Of a DNA stretch of 64,000 nucleotides, positions 11,519-24,810 are shown in pieces (the first letter of the stretch is position 1; every line of letters begins with the position of its first letter). The notes under the pieces are model-generated. The model was not told the DNA's origin. It worked only from the letters and a program-made list of their open reading frames with translations, and searched no databases. This DNA comes from Chiloscyllium plagiosum. Taxonomy: Eukaryota. The DNA is taken from positions 49,050,021 to 49,114,020 of the forward strand of contig NC_057718.1 of the NCBI RefSeq assembly GCF_004010195.1, in the 5' to 3' direction. Position numbers and translations under genes: made by a program.

Positions 11519-13076
11519 GTGGACCTGATCAGGTGTACCCTAAAACTCTGTGGAAAACTAGCCAAGTGATTCCTGGGCCCATTATTAAGATATTTGTATC
11601 ATCGATAGTCACAGGTGAGGTGCCAGAAGACTGGAGGTTAGTTAATGTGGTGCCACTACTTAAGAAAGAGGGGAAGGAAAAGCCAGGGAACTATAGACCG
11701 GTGAGCCTGACATTGGTGATGGGCAAGTTGTTGGAGGGAATCCTGAGGGATAGGACGTATATGTATTTGGAAAGGCAAGAACTGATTAGGGATAGTCAAC
11801 ATGGCTTTTTGCATGGGAAATCATGTCTCATGAATTTGATTGTTTTTTTGAAGAAGTAGTGAAGAGGATTGATGAGGGCAGAGTAGTAGATGTGATCTAT
11901 ATGGAGTTCAGTAAGGCGTTCCACAAGGTCCCTCATGGTAGACTGGTTCGCAAGGTTAGAGCTCATGGGACACAAGGAGAACTAGCTATTTGGATAGAGG
12001 ACTGGCTTGAAAGTAGAAGACATAAGATGGTGGTGAAGGGTTGCTTTTCAGACTGGAGGTCTGTGACCAGTGAAGTGTCACAAGGATTGGTGCTGGGTCC
12101 ACTACTTTTCGGCATTTATATCAATGATCTGGATGTGAACATAGGAGGTATAATTAGTAAATTTGCAGATGACACCAAAATTGGAAGTGTAGTGGACAGC
12201 AAAGAAGGTTACCTCAGAGTACAAAAGGATCTTGATCAGATGGGCCAATGGACTGAGAAGTGGCAGATGGAATTTAATTCAGATAAATGTGAGGTGCTGC
12301 ATTTTGGAAAAGCAAATCAGAGCAGGACTTATACATTTAATGGTAAGGTTCTGGGGAGTGTTGTTGAACAAAGAGACCTTGCAGTGCAAGTTCATAGTTC
12401 CTTGAAAGTAAAGTCACAGGTAGATAGGATAGTGAAGGTGTTTGGTATGCTTTCCTTTATTGATCACAGCAATGAGTACAGGAATTGGGAGGTCATGTTG
12501 CGAATGTACAGGACATTGGTTTGGCCACTTTTGGAATATTACATGTAATTCTGGTCTCCTTCCTATCGGAAAGTTATTGTGAAACTTGAAAGGGTTCAGA
12601 AAAAATTTACAAGGATGTTGTCAGGGTTCGAGGATTTGAGCTATAGGGAGAGATTGAATAGGCTAGAGCTGTTTTTTCTGGAGTGTCAGAGGCTGAGGGG
12701 TGACCTTATAGATATTTATGGAATCATGAGGGGCACAGATAGGGTAAATAGACAAAGTCTTTTCCCTGGGGTGGGGGAGACCAGAACTAGAGGGCATAGG
12801 TTTAGGGTGAGAGGAGAAAGATATAAAAGGCACCTAAGAGGCAGCTTTTTCACGCAGAGGGTGGTACGTTTACGGAATGGGCTGCCAGAGGAAGTGGTGG
12901 AGGCTGGTACAAATACAGCATTTAAAAGGCATCTGGATGGGTATATGAATAGGAAGGGTTTAGATAGATATGAGCCAAGTGCTGTCAAATGGGACTAGAT
13001 TAGGTTGGGATATCTGGTCGGCATGGACTAGTTGGACTGACGGGTCTTTTCCATGCTATACATCTCCATGACTCTG
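11519..13076 (+). mobile_element. 5'-truncated CR1/HER1 LINE, RT pseudogene (frameshift and stop)
   Basis: ORFs 11482-11859, 11823-12548 and 12579-12998 carry PGNYRPVSLT, SQHGF, SKAFHKVPH, QGLVLGPLLF, KFADDTK, RGHRFRV; 3' tail ...ccatgactct. Confidence 0.95.
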
Positions 13077-13529
13077 TGCTGTCATCAGGCAATATTTTTG
13101 TCTATGGACAGTTCTCTAAAGTTTGTTATCCAGTTTTTATTTCCACCAGCAGCATTATTTTCATGACAATATTTTTAATACAGTATAAATCACTAAGTGA
13201 TCTTTACATTCAAGCTGCACTTGATTTGTAATTGTGCACTTTGAGTTGATAAATATATTTCAAGATTTGATACCATGGCATTAACAATGGCATGATCTAC
13301 CCAGAAAGGAAACTGTCCCTATATTAGGTAGATTTGTTTGGTTGATAACGGTCTCAGTCAGGAGGACCCAGGTCCCTGGTGCTGTGGGGCAGCAATGTTA
13401 ACAACTCAGCCACTGTGCTGCCCTTGTTCTGGCAATAGTCCTGCAGACATCTGCTCCAGAAATCGCTGTACTTCTGAACTAAGCTCCTCCTGCATGGCAT
13501 TCTGGAAATTTGTCTGGTGTGCCCTGTTC

Positions 13530-14090
13530 ATAAAAAAACAACACAGATCGAGCATGGATAATTTCTGCCCTATCAGTTTATTCTTGATCATCAGCAAAGA
13601 AATGGAAGTTAATACCAACAGTATCATCAGTGACGCTTGCTTAACAATAATCTGCTTGCTGATGCACAGCTTGGGTTTCACCAGGGCCACTTGACTCCTG
13701 ATCTCATTACAGTCTACATCCAAATATATACAAAGGAGGTGAACTCTTGAGTTGAGATGACAGTGTATGCTCTCAACATCAAAGTAGTATTTGTCTGAGC
13801 ATGGCATTAAGGAGCCTTAGTAAAACTGCAACCTCTACCTCCTAGAAGGACCATGATATCAAATGCATGGAAACACCACCAACTGAATGTTTCTCTCCAA
13901 GCCAGACACCATTTTGGCAAACTATATTGTTGTTCTTTCACTGTCACTGGATTGCAGTCCTGAAACTCCCTTCCTGACAATACAATCAATGATCGACATC
14001 CCATGGCAACAGCATTTCAAGAAGGCAGCTTACCACCACTTTCTCAAGGACAATTAGGGATAGCCTAGCCAGTGACACATCCTATGGACA
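13530..14090 (+). mobile_element. Old CR1-group LINE fragment (second lineage)
   Basis: Decayed RT segment (tgatgcacagcttgggtttcaccagggcc) and 3' end cagcatttcaagaaggcagcttaccaccactttctcaagg shared with other copies. Confidence 0.6.
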
Positions 14091-14975
14091 AGATTGAATA
14101 AGATAAAATGTGAGGAATCACAATCAGCCTTTTCCTTAAGATGAAATGTTTAATTGATTAAAACATATCCATGTTTATCAGAATTAAACTGCTGTAAATA
14201 ATTTAACCATGTTTACAAATTTACAAATTTCACAAGGACTGAAATTATGGTTGTTCCACTGAGCTGTGTGCATAATGAAGTCTGACAACTTACACTTGAC
14301 ATATCAAATTATATTTTGATTAAGAAGGAATTGTTGAACTGCTTAAATTAGGAAAAGCCATTTGGGAATTGTGCAGTATCCTTAGTTAGAATATTAATTG
14401 CGATCTACGTTGCAATCATAACATTGTTACTAATAATGCAACTGATGCATAGGTTTTGTTTCTAACATAAAATAACAGTATGTCTTTTTCTATGAATAAC
14501 TACCATCTAAAATGTAAAGAATCAGTGCAGACTAGAACTATGTGAATTCCAGGACATGAATTGTGTTTGTCATGTTATTTGAAAAGACTGCACCTGCACA
14601 GAGAGAATTTTGATTGCACTACTTCACCGTGCTGAGTCTCTGTGAATACAGGATTTTAGAAGGTGGAGTTAATAAATAGTGGAAAGTTCAGTGCAAGGCA
14701 ATTCATAGCATGGGTGGGTAATGTGGGAGGAAAGATCATCCAAACTACAATTTTCTAATGCTGGAAATTAATGTTGGACCAAAATAAATGAACTTCTGGG
14801 CACAAATTGACAGGAAAATCTGATGTTCAAATTCGACTGCTGTTCTTATTTGTTATGGTCTATGGTCATCATATACCTGCTCCATTTCAGACAGTAATGG
14901 GTGAATGAAGAGGTATAATTTGCTCAAGCTCAAATCCCACTCCTGACCACATATTGGTTTACCACTGCTTATAGA

Positions 14976-15278
14976 AGAATCCCTAGAGTGTGTAAACAGG
15001 CCCTTCGGCCCAACAAGTCCACACCAACCTTCAGAAGAGTAATCTACCCAGACCCATTCACCTACAATTAACCCCTGACTAATGCACCCAACGTACACAT
15101 CTCTGAACAATTTAATTCAGCCAATTCGCCTAACCTACACATCTTCGGATTGTGGGAGGAAATCCACGCAGATACGGGAGAATGTGCAAACTCCATACAG
15201 ACAGTCACCTGAGGCTGGAATTGAATCTTGGTCCTGGTGCTGTGAGGCAGCAGTGCTAACCACTGAGCCACACTGTGC
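14976..15278 (-). mobile_element. HE1-like V-SINE
   Basis: Same head, V-domain and CR1-like tail as 2285-2594. Confidence 0.88.
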
Positions 15279-16039
15279 TCTGAGTGGTGATGGAGTTTCA
15301 GGGCTGGGGTCAACCTTCACTAAGTCTCTATAATACACTTTCTAAGGAGAGTGCTCAAAACTGCATATAGTCATGGTTCAGTGAATCAGGCTACAATGTT
15401 GTTGCTCTATCAGCCAGGGAGTGAAGGATGATGGAAGCACAGCTAACATATCAATGATGGCCCGATGGTAAAACAACGTGTTTGAACTTTTAATAAATGC
15501 CCTTGAGATGAATCCTGCTGCATGATTAGACTTGTTGATAACTTGATTAGCCTGTTGCTTATAATTCTAAATACATCGGCATATACACCAGATTTGAACT
15601 CTGGCTTGTTTTAAGCTGGCTCTGCACTTCTACTGGAATTTTAATGATGCTTTCCTAAAATAAATACTGCTCGAAAGCTTTGTCTGGAGGAATGCCAAAA
15701 GAAGGTAAATAACTCAAAGAAAACATGAGTCAATAGACTGTAAAGACTGAGGTGAGTAATTGTATAAAAACAGACCTCAGCAGAGGCATTGCTGGTGAGC
15801 AGGAAAGGACAGAAGTGGTCAAAAGATTTCATATCTTTATTTATGTACCATGTTTACACCTTGTGAGCTCAATGTCAAACTAGAGCTGCTGTCACATCTG
15901 TTTAGAACTAACATATGAGTTTGTTTAAACGGTTGTGTTTAAGTACAGTGCCATGACAAATAGACTTAATTCCTTGCACTGCTCATGTGTTCACTTACCA
16001 ATGGTGCTCTGCTAAGTCTAACTGCACATAGGTCCTAAT

Positions 16040-16834
16040 GATGCTAACGTAGAGGTAGGTGATAGCTTCAAGTTCCTAGGAGTAAATATCACCAAAGATC
16101 CACCCGATCCATCCACATGGATGCTACAGTTAAGAAAGCACATCAATGCCTCTATTTCCTCTGGAGGCTAACAAAATTCGACTTGTCTACAATGACTCTT
16201 CCTGAAGAAGGGCTTCTGCCTGAAACGTCGATTCTCCTGCTCCTTGGATGCTGCCTGACCTGCTGCGCTTTTCCAGCAACACATTTTTCAGCTCTGATCT
16301 CCAGCATCTGCAGTCCTCACTTTCTCCTATAATGACTCTTGCCAATTTGCATTGATGCACCATAGAAAACATGCTATCCAGATGCCTCGCAGCTTGGCAT
16401 GGTAACTGCTTTGCCCAAGACTGCAAGAAATCACAGAGTTGTAAATGTAGCCCAGTCCATCACGCAAACCAGCTTTCCTTCCATTGACTCCGTCTATACT
16501 TGCCACTACCTCGGGAAAGCAGCCAACAAAAGACCATTTCCACCTTAGTTCCACTCTCTTTCACTCTCTTCCAACAAGCAGATGATGCAAAAGTTTGAAG
16601 ATATATACAGAGAGATTTAAAAACATCTTCCTTGCTCTTATCAGATTTATGAACGGAACCCTCACATTGATCTTTCTCTGCACCTTCTCTATAGCTGTAA
16701 CACTATATTCTGCATTCTGTTCTATTACCATGATGTACTTGTGTAAGATATGATTTGTCCAGGTGAGCATGCAAAACAATACTTTTCATTGCATCTTGGT
16801 ACATGACAATAAATCAAATCAAATCAAATCAAAT
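16040..16834 (+). mobile_element. Rex1/Babar-type LINE 3' portion, interrupted by a PLE arm
   Basis: Encodes FKFLGV and KKAHQCLYFLWRL, typical of the Rex1/Babar RT C-terminus; tail aataaatc(aaatc)n. Confidence 0.75.
16201..16326 (+). mobile_element. PLE family A solo arm starting at the hammerhead core
   Basis: cCTGAAGAagggcttctgcctGAAACGTCgattc...cactttctc; TSD ctaYaatgactctt at 16187-16200 and 16327-16340. Confidence 0.88.
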
Positions 16835-17877
16835 ATTCATGACTTATGTAGACACAGGGTTAGATTTTCATAGAGCTGGCTTTATGGTTGCAGAATGAAT
16901 GAGTGGAAAGCTGAGCCAATAGTATTAGTTCCCATTGCTGAATCCCCATTTGTTTCGAGTTGTGCCTAACTGTTGGACTGGCGTAAAGCCACATTGCAAA
17001 ACCTGTTTGAGACAGAATGGTACTGCACTTGCATCACCTACCTGTAGAAGCCAAAAGGTAAATTGTTTCATTTGCAATGTCCCAGACTGGATTTAATTCC
17101 CAGCTAAAATACTTGCATGGGACAAAAGCTGAAATTACAAGTGTATGCCCACTTTGAGGACAGTGGCCATTGTGGGTTCAAGAGTATCCTGTATAAAGGT
17201 AACATGCCTGAAAGACGATGACAGAAACCTTGGGTGGTATTTAACACAGGCAATGGGTGCCTTGCCCCGTGCCTACAGAGCCAGTGAGAGTGTTGCACAT
17301 TTCCTTTCAGGAGATTCTGCCAAATTAAGTCCCCATCAGTTTCTTAAGTGGACAATAGAGGGACTTTACTGAGATCAGTGACCCCAGGAGTGTGACGTTT
17401 CATCCCTCTGAGAACTACCAGATCATTGGAGACTGGCAGCTGTATATTGAGATACCAGCAGGAAGAGTGGCAGCTATTGGCAACACATCCATTGGTGACC
17501 CTGGGTCACTGAGGAACACAGGCCACTGGGATTCAGAGTGAGATCAGGAGTTACACGCTCTGGGTTGTGTGGGTTGTCAGTACATCTGAGAGAGGAAACT
17601 GAGTGTAGTAAGTTGGAGTAGCTTTCATTCATGTGAGGCTGTCAGACAGAACTCTTCACCTTAGAGAATAGTATACCCTTTGATTTTTTTACTTCCTTGA
17701 GACTCATCTATTATTGCTTTACCTGTTCCATTGCTAATTCTTTTTGCTTTGTACTATTGTTCCTTCTCTCATTTAGTCATTCCACCCTTTCCTGTTACCA
17801 CAGACATCACCTTTTGACCCTTTTCCCACCTTTACTCCTGTCACTTGTTTAAAACATATAATTTCTTGAACTTTTCC

Positions 17878-18260
17878 CAGTTCTGACAAAAAGTCATCAA
17901 CCTCTGAAACATCAATTGTGTCTCTCTCCACAGATGCTGCTTGGCCTTCTGCGTATTACCAATGTTTGCTGTTATTAATCTTTGTGGAGGTTTGGGGGAA
18001 GTCGAAGGGAAAAGAAGCAATTTAACCCTGCAGCAGAGTTAAAATTCCCTGTGGCACTTTTCTTCCCTAGGTTCTAATTGTAACTTGTTCTTCTAAGAAT
18101 CCTGAAAGTGCAAACCAATGGCTCTGCAGAAGAATCATATCAGACTTGAATCGTTAACTCTGTTTCCTCTCCACAGATGCTGCCATACCTGCTGAGTTTC
18201 TCCACCATTTTATGTTTTTATTTCATATTTCCAGCATCCACAGAATTTTGTTTTTAACTC
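17878..18260 (+). mobile_element. Two degenerate PLE family D arms (about 17878-17975 and 18122-18255)
   Basis: Both contain ctctccacagatgctgc preceded by a decayed ctgNNNa...gaaac core. Confidence 0.6.
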
Positions 18261-18309
18261 ATGGTATACAATTGCACTTTGACGACTTCACTGGGCCTGC
18301 ATTATGTTA

Positions 18310-18712
18310 GCTATAGCTCAGCTGGGAGCATTTTTAACTAAGAATCCCAAAGTTATGCGCTCAAGTCTACCGCTGGAACAAAAATCAAGGCTGATGTGCC
18401 AGTGCAGTACTGAAGATGTGTAATACAATTACATCTTGGGATGAGATGTTAAATTAACATCCTCACTAGTGGAAATAAAAATTCCGATGGCACTCTTTGA
18501 AGTGCAATAAGTGAGTTATACTCAGTATCCTGACAATATTTATCACTTTATCTATATTACAAACCAGATTGTCTGATCATACACTTAATGCCTGCAAATT
18601 GGCAACCATGTTACATTACAGCAACGACTACACTTCAAATTTATTTCATTAGCTGTAAAGCTCTTTGGAACATCTGGTTGGCATAAAAGGCACTATATAA
18701 ACACTCGTCCTT
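18310..18712 (+). mobile_element. Deu-domain SINE (SacSINE1-like), near full length
   Basis: tRNA-like head (gctatagctcagctgggagca), Deu core (ccagtgcagtactga, gatggcactctttgaa, caaattggcaacc) and tail gtaaagctctttgg...ggcactatataa. Confidence 0.7.
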
Positions 18713-20039
18713 TTTTTATTTAATCAGATGGATTGTATGGAAGTCATAAGGAAAGTTCAGCTTTTCCCTATTCCCAGTGATGAACTCCTGTCACTAATAC
18801 ATTTATAGCTCATCGTGTCAGCCAACTGCCACTTACCATTGCTTTTAGGCAGGATCCTTACAGTCTATGCAGATAAGGACTGCAAGTCAATGTATCCTGT
18901 GTCTTACATTGCAGAGAAGATGAAAGTTTGCTTTCCAATTTGCACAACACATTTCCCCTAACTTCCCAATGATTTAAAATCAGCTCTTTAACTATGAAAG
19001 GATAGTCCAAAGAAATCTGTAAAAGGAAGTTAGGCCCAACTTTCATCAATTTATTAAATACTAGAAAATTGCTGGCCAGATGAGATGACAGGTAGAGATG
19101 GTGAGACATTGATTTGTTCATTTATATATTGGGATACAATTCACATAATAGAATAAAATCGCACATGAGATGTTTATTTATAATTGGTTTGGACACAAAA
19201 GCATTCATCCATCTACTTCCACAACTTAGAAGGATGCAGTAGAGGGAGGGAATGATGTTGGGGTCGGCCAGGGTGTGTCAAAGATTACACTATCAAGTTT
19301 ACCTAGCAACACTTTTCATTGTTATAACTCCCAGTTCCATTGGATACTGGATATCAAACAGTAAAGGTAAATTCCAATGGTATGTAACACAGAATCTAAT
19401 TATGAGTTAAACCAGTGATGTTGAACATATGAGATTGTTGTTCAAATCCAGTTAGGAGGGCTGAACTATTCCTTTCGTTGTCTAACTCTTCCACTGGTCA
19501 CAATAAAGTTTGATTTTTATTTAAAAAGGGACTAATTTACACTACTGTATATAGTTCAGTATCAGAAACAAGTCAGCCAGGTTCCTCAAATAAGAAGTAA
19601 AAGATGAACGTATTGCAAATAAAAAGTTTTTTGAGCAAAAATGTTCAAATTATTAGCAGAAGGTGTAAACTGCACAAATGTATATATTTTACCCTTTTTG
19701 AAATCTGGGAAAATGTATAGACACAAAATAACTGTTACATTCAGGGAAAAGAATTATTCATAGGTTGTGAAAAATGTTCACCTATAGCTGAAGTTGTTTT
19801 GCAACCCAATTGTTGTCTTTCTGATTAAATTATAGCTTGATGAATTTGGTTTTATGGAGACAGTGGTATAGATTTTAATGAGGTTTTCAGCACACAAAAC
19901 CTTGATGAGATGGATTTTAGAGAAAAAAAAGAGGGCACAAGTTATTATTCTGGATGGAGGTTATCTCAGACCCTCTATGAACTAATCTATTCTTTTTTTC
20001 ACCTATAACTTGCAGCATGTGATGTCCCACTAAAAGTGC

Positions 20040-20360
20040 CAAAATTGGAGGTGTAGTGGACAGGGAAGAAGGTTACCTCTGAGAACAATGGGACCCTGAT
20101 CGCAAGGGCCGATGGGTTGATAGGCTGAGGATTGGCAAATGGAGATTAATTTAGATAAATGTGAGTTGTTGCATTTCAGTAAGGCAAATCTGGGCAGGAT
20201 TTATACACTTAATGGTAAAGTCCTGGGGAGTATTGCCAAATATAGTGACCTTGGGGTGCTTGAAGGTGGAGTCACAGGTAAATAGGATGGTGAAGAAGGC
20301 ACTTGGTATGCTTGCCTTTACTGTTCAGTGCATTGATTATAGGAGGTGAGATGTCATGTT
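20040..20360 (+). mobile_element. CR1/HER1 fragment, 5' part of a copy split by a nested insertion
   Basis: Collinear with about 12177-12499; resumes at 23369. Confidence 0.85.
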
Positions 20361-23300
20361 AGAGAGTCATAGAGACTTACAGAGATGTACAGCATGGAAA
20401 CAGATCCTTTGATTCAACTTTTCCATACTGACTAGATATCCCAAATTAATCTCATCCCATTTGTCAGCATTTGGCCCAGATCCTTTCAAACCCTTTCTAT
20501 TCATATACCCATACAGATGCCTTTTAAATGTTGTAATTGTACCAGCCACCAACATTTCCTGTGGCAGCTCATTCCATACATACATCACCCTCTGCGAGAA
20601 AAACCTGGCCTGTAGGTCCCTTTTAAATTTTTCCCGTCTCACCCTAAACCTATGCACTGCAGTTCAGGACTCCCCCACCCCAGGGAAAAGACCATGCCCA
20701 TTTATCCTACCTATGCCTCTTGTGGTCCCTCATTTCCAATGTTCCAAGGAAAACAGCCCCAGCCTGTTCATCCTCTCCCTGTAGCTCAAATCCTCCAACC
20801 ATAGTAACATCCTTGTAATCTATTCTGAACCCTTTCAAGTTTCACAATATCCTTCAGTTAGGAGGGAGACCAGAATTGCACACAGTATTCCAAAAGTGGC
20901 TGATATAATTTCCTGTATAGACAAAACATGACCACCCAAATCCTATACTCAATGCTTTGTCCAAAAAAGGAAATCAGATCTCCACTGTTCTATCTACCTG
21001 TGACTCCACTTTCAAGGAATTATGAACCTGCACACCAAGGTCTCTTTGTTCAGCAACACACCCAGGAGCTTACTATTAAGTGTATAAGGCCTGCTCTGAT
21101 CTGCCTTTTCAGAATGCAGCACCTCACATTTATCTAAATTAAACTCCATCATTCACTCCTCAGCCGAAGGGATCTGATCAAGATCCCTTTGTACTCTGAG
21201 GTAACCTTCTTCGCTATCCACTACACTTCCAATTTTAGTGTCATCTGCAAACTTACTAACTCTACCTCTTATGCTCACATTCAAATCATTTATATAAATG
21301 ACGAAAGTAGTGGATCCAGTACTGATCAATGTGGCACACCACTGGTGTGGATCCAGTACTGATCAATGTGGCACACCACTGGTCACAGGCCTCCATCTGA
21401 AAAGCAACCCTCCACCAGCACCCTCTGTCGTCTACCTTCAAGACAGTTCTGTATCCAAATGGCTAGCTCTCCCTGTATTCCATGAGATCTAACCTTGTTA
21501 ACCAGTCTACCATGAGGAACCTTGTTGAATGCCTTACTGAAGTCCATATAGATCATATCCACTTCTTTGTTACTTCTTCAAAAAACTCAATTAAATTCAT
21601 GAGACATGATTTCCCATGCACAAAGTCATGTTGTCCATCCTTAATCAGTCCTTGCTTTTCCAAATGTATGTAAATCCTGTCCCTCAGGATTCCCTCAACA
21701 ACTTGCTGATGTCAGGATCACCGGTCTATAGTTCCCTGGCTTTTCCTTACCACCTTTCTTAAATAGTGGCACCATGTTAGCCAACCTCCAGTCTTCTGGC
21801 ATCTCACCTGTGACTATCAAGTATCTCAGCAAGTATCTCAGCAAGAGGCCCAGCAATCACTTCCCTAGCTTCCCACAGAGTTCTAGGGTACACCTGATCA
21901 GGTCCTGAGGATTTATCTACCTTTATGCATTTTAAGACATCTAGCACCTTCTCCACTGTAATGTGGACATTTTCCAAAATGTCACCATCTATTTTTCCCC
22001 ACATTCTATATCTGTCATGTCCTTCTTTACAGTAAACACTGATGTAAAATACTCATTTAGTATCTCCCCCATCTCCTATGGTTCCACACATAGGCTGCCT
22101 TGCTGATCTATGAGGTACCCTATTCTCTCCCTAGTTACCCTTTGTCCTTAATATATTTATAAAATCCCTTTGGAATCTCCTTAACCCTATTTGCTAAAGC
22201 TATCCCATGTCCCCTTTTTCCCCTCCTGATTTTCCTCTTAAGTATATTCCTACTGCCTTTATACACTTCTAAGGATTCACTCGGTCGATCCTGTCGATAC
22301 CTTACATATGCTTCCTTCTTTTTCTTCACCAAAACCTCCATTTCTCTAGTCATCCAGCATTCTCTACATCTACCAGCCTTGCCTTGCATCTCAACAGGAA
22401 CATACTGTCTCTAGACTCTGGTTATCGCATTTCTGAAGGCTTCCCATTTTCCAGCTGTCCCTTTACCTGCGAACATCTGCCCCCAATCAACTTTTGAAAG
22501 TTTTTGCCAGTACCATAAAAGTTGGCCTTCCTCTAATTTAAAACTTCAACTTTTAGATGCAGTCTATCCTTTTCCATCACTATTTTAAAACTAATAGAAT
22601 TCTGGTCATTGGCCACGAAGTGCTCCTCCACTGACACCTCAGTCATCTGCCCTGCCTTATTTCCCAAGAGTAGGTCAGGTTTTGCACCTTCTCTATTAGG
22701 TACATCACATACTGAATCAGAACATTTTCTTGTACCTACTTAACAAATTCCTCTTCATCTAAATCCTTAACACTATGGCAGTCCCAGTCGATATTTGGAA
22801 AGTTAAACACCCCCACCATAATTACCATATTATTCTTACAGATAACTGAGATCTCCTTCCAAATTCACTTCACAATTCCCCGCTGACCATTAAGAGTCTA
22901 TAGTACAATCCCAATAAGGTGATCATCCCTTTTCTATTTCTCAGTTCCATCCAAATAACTTCCCTGGATATATTCCCAGGAATATCCTCCCTCAGTACAG
23001 TGGTAATGTTATCCCTTATCAAAAATACTGCTCCCCCTCCTCTCTTGCTCCCCTTTCTATCCTTCCTCTTGCATTTGTATCCTGGAACATTAAGCTGTCA
23101 GTTCTGTCCATCCTTGAGCCATGTGTCTAATTGCTATGATATCCCAGTCACATGTTCCTAACCATGCCCTGAGTTCATCCATCTTCCCTGTCGGACCCCT
23201 TGCATTGAAATAAATGCAGTTTAATTTACCACTCCTACCTTGTTCTCTGCTTTGTTCCTGCCTGCCCTGACTGTTTGACTCACTCCTTTTCCCTATTGTA

Positions 23301-23368
23301 CCAGTCTCAAATTGATCTCTTTCCTTACTATCTCCCTGGGATTCCCCTCTACCTTACTAGTTTAAATC
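20361..23368 (-). mobile_element. About 3-kb CR1/HER1 LINE with decayed endonuclease and RT, inserted antisense into another CR1
   Basis: 3' tail agagtcatagag at the left end; ORF fragments KSSGPDQVYPRTLWEA and KGFYKYIKDK; flanks catgtt/catgat. Confidence 0.92.
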
Positions 23369-23945
23369 CATGATGCAGCTGTACATTGGTTAGGCCATTT
23401 TTAGAATTCCGTGTTCAGTCCTGGGCTTTCTGCTATAGATGTTGCTATACTTTAAAGCTTTCAGAAAAGATTTACAAGGACATTGCCGGGTCTGGAGGAT
23501 TTGAGCTATAGGGAGAGGTTGAATAGGGTAGGGCTATTTTCCCCGGAGCATCGGAGGCTGAGATGTGATCTTATAGAGGTTTATAAAGTCATGAAGGGCA
23601 TGGATTGGGTGAATCGCCAATTTCTTCCTCCCAGGGTAAGTGAGTCCAAAACTAAAGGAAGTAGGTTTAAGTTGAGAGAGGAAAATTCAAAGAGATCTGA
23701 GGGGCAACTTTCATGCAGAGTGTAGTGTTTGTATGGAATAAGCTGCCAAAGGAAGTGGAGGAGGCTGGTACAATTACAACATTTAAAAGTCATCCAGATG
23801 GGTGTATGAATAGGAAGGGTTGTGAGGGAGATGGGCCAAATGCTGGCAAGTGGGGCTAGCTTAATTTAGGATACTTGGTCAGCATGGATGTGTTGGACTA
23901 AAGGATTAATATTGGTGCTATAAAACTCTACAACTTTATGACTCA
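23369..23945 (+). mobile_element. CR1/HER1 3' part continuing 20040-20360
   Basis: Encodes LSYRERLNRVGLFS...RLRCDLIEVYK; tail tatgactc. Confidence 0.88.
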
Positions 23946-24054
23946 TTGCAGGCTTGATATCTCCATTCAAGCAGATTGCTCCTTGCAAATGCAACATTGT
24001 TGCTGCTACAACCAATGTATTTTCCTTTGCAAAGTGTTATTTTCAAAAGGTTGA

Positions 24055-24079
24055 ACACACACGCACACACACACACACA
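24055..24079. repeat. (CA)n microsatellite
   Basis: acacacacgcacacacacacacaca. Confidence 0.9.
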
Positions 24080-24559
24080 ATGTATTTTACATGTCCTATC
24101 AATGATATTTTAAAGTAATATTCACATCTTCATAACAATATTTAAAGCAGACTCAAACATTTAACAGTAATGTGGAGGAACATTGGCTAAAAATATGATC
24201 AAACCAGACCATGATGACTTCCTCAGTTATACAGCTTGTTAACACTTGCTTTGTGGCTCACAGAGAAAAATTGCAGATTGTCAAGATATGAAAACTTTGC
24301 CTGTTAACACTTTGACAAGAAAACCGCACGGTACCTTCAGGAGAGAAAAGAAGAAAATAAGAGAGAAAGTGATTGGGACCAGGCGCAGTAGGGAATAGAA
24401 TGGAGAAACAGCAGAGAATATGGACTTAGGAAATAATCATAATGGGGAAGATAGTACAGACCATGAGTAATCAATGTCATCTTGAAGCTCCCCTCTGTCA
24501 TAGTACATGATTACCACAATGTAGCAAGTTCAGGATACAGTGGAGACCCTATCCAGTGG

Positions 24560-24810
24560 CCTTGAAAGTCCTTGTCACTCTTAAATTCCTATAAGGCTGA
24601 TTCTACAGATCAAGTGATGGACAGAGATTCAATGACAGTCATAGTACAACATATCATCGAGAAAACCACCCGGTTGCTGAAAGATACACTTCTGCCACCT
24701 CAATCATTCTTAAGCAATTCTCCAGAAAGACTCGGTGAAGGTGTGAGAGATAGGCTTTGCGCACTGTGCACTACTTAACATTGTCATGTAGAGGGAGGAC
24801 GAAGAGGTAA
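24560..24810 (+). mobile_element. PIF/Harbinger transposase remnant
   Basis: Across frameshifts reads QRFNDSHST / HIIEKTTRLLK / SPER / LLNIVM, echoing the HARBI1 RYNxxH-R-IERxxGxLK-YSPE-LHN pattern. Confidence 0.55.

Noticed and set aside
11482..12998. Active reverse transcriptase gene
   Set aside because: 5'-truncated, frameshifted near 11840 and interrupted by a stop at 12546-12548.
17040..17630. Possible L1/Tx1 remnant
   Set aside because: Only a faint resemblance; too decayed to support a call.
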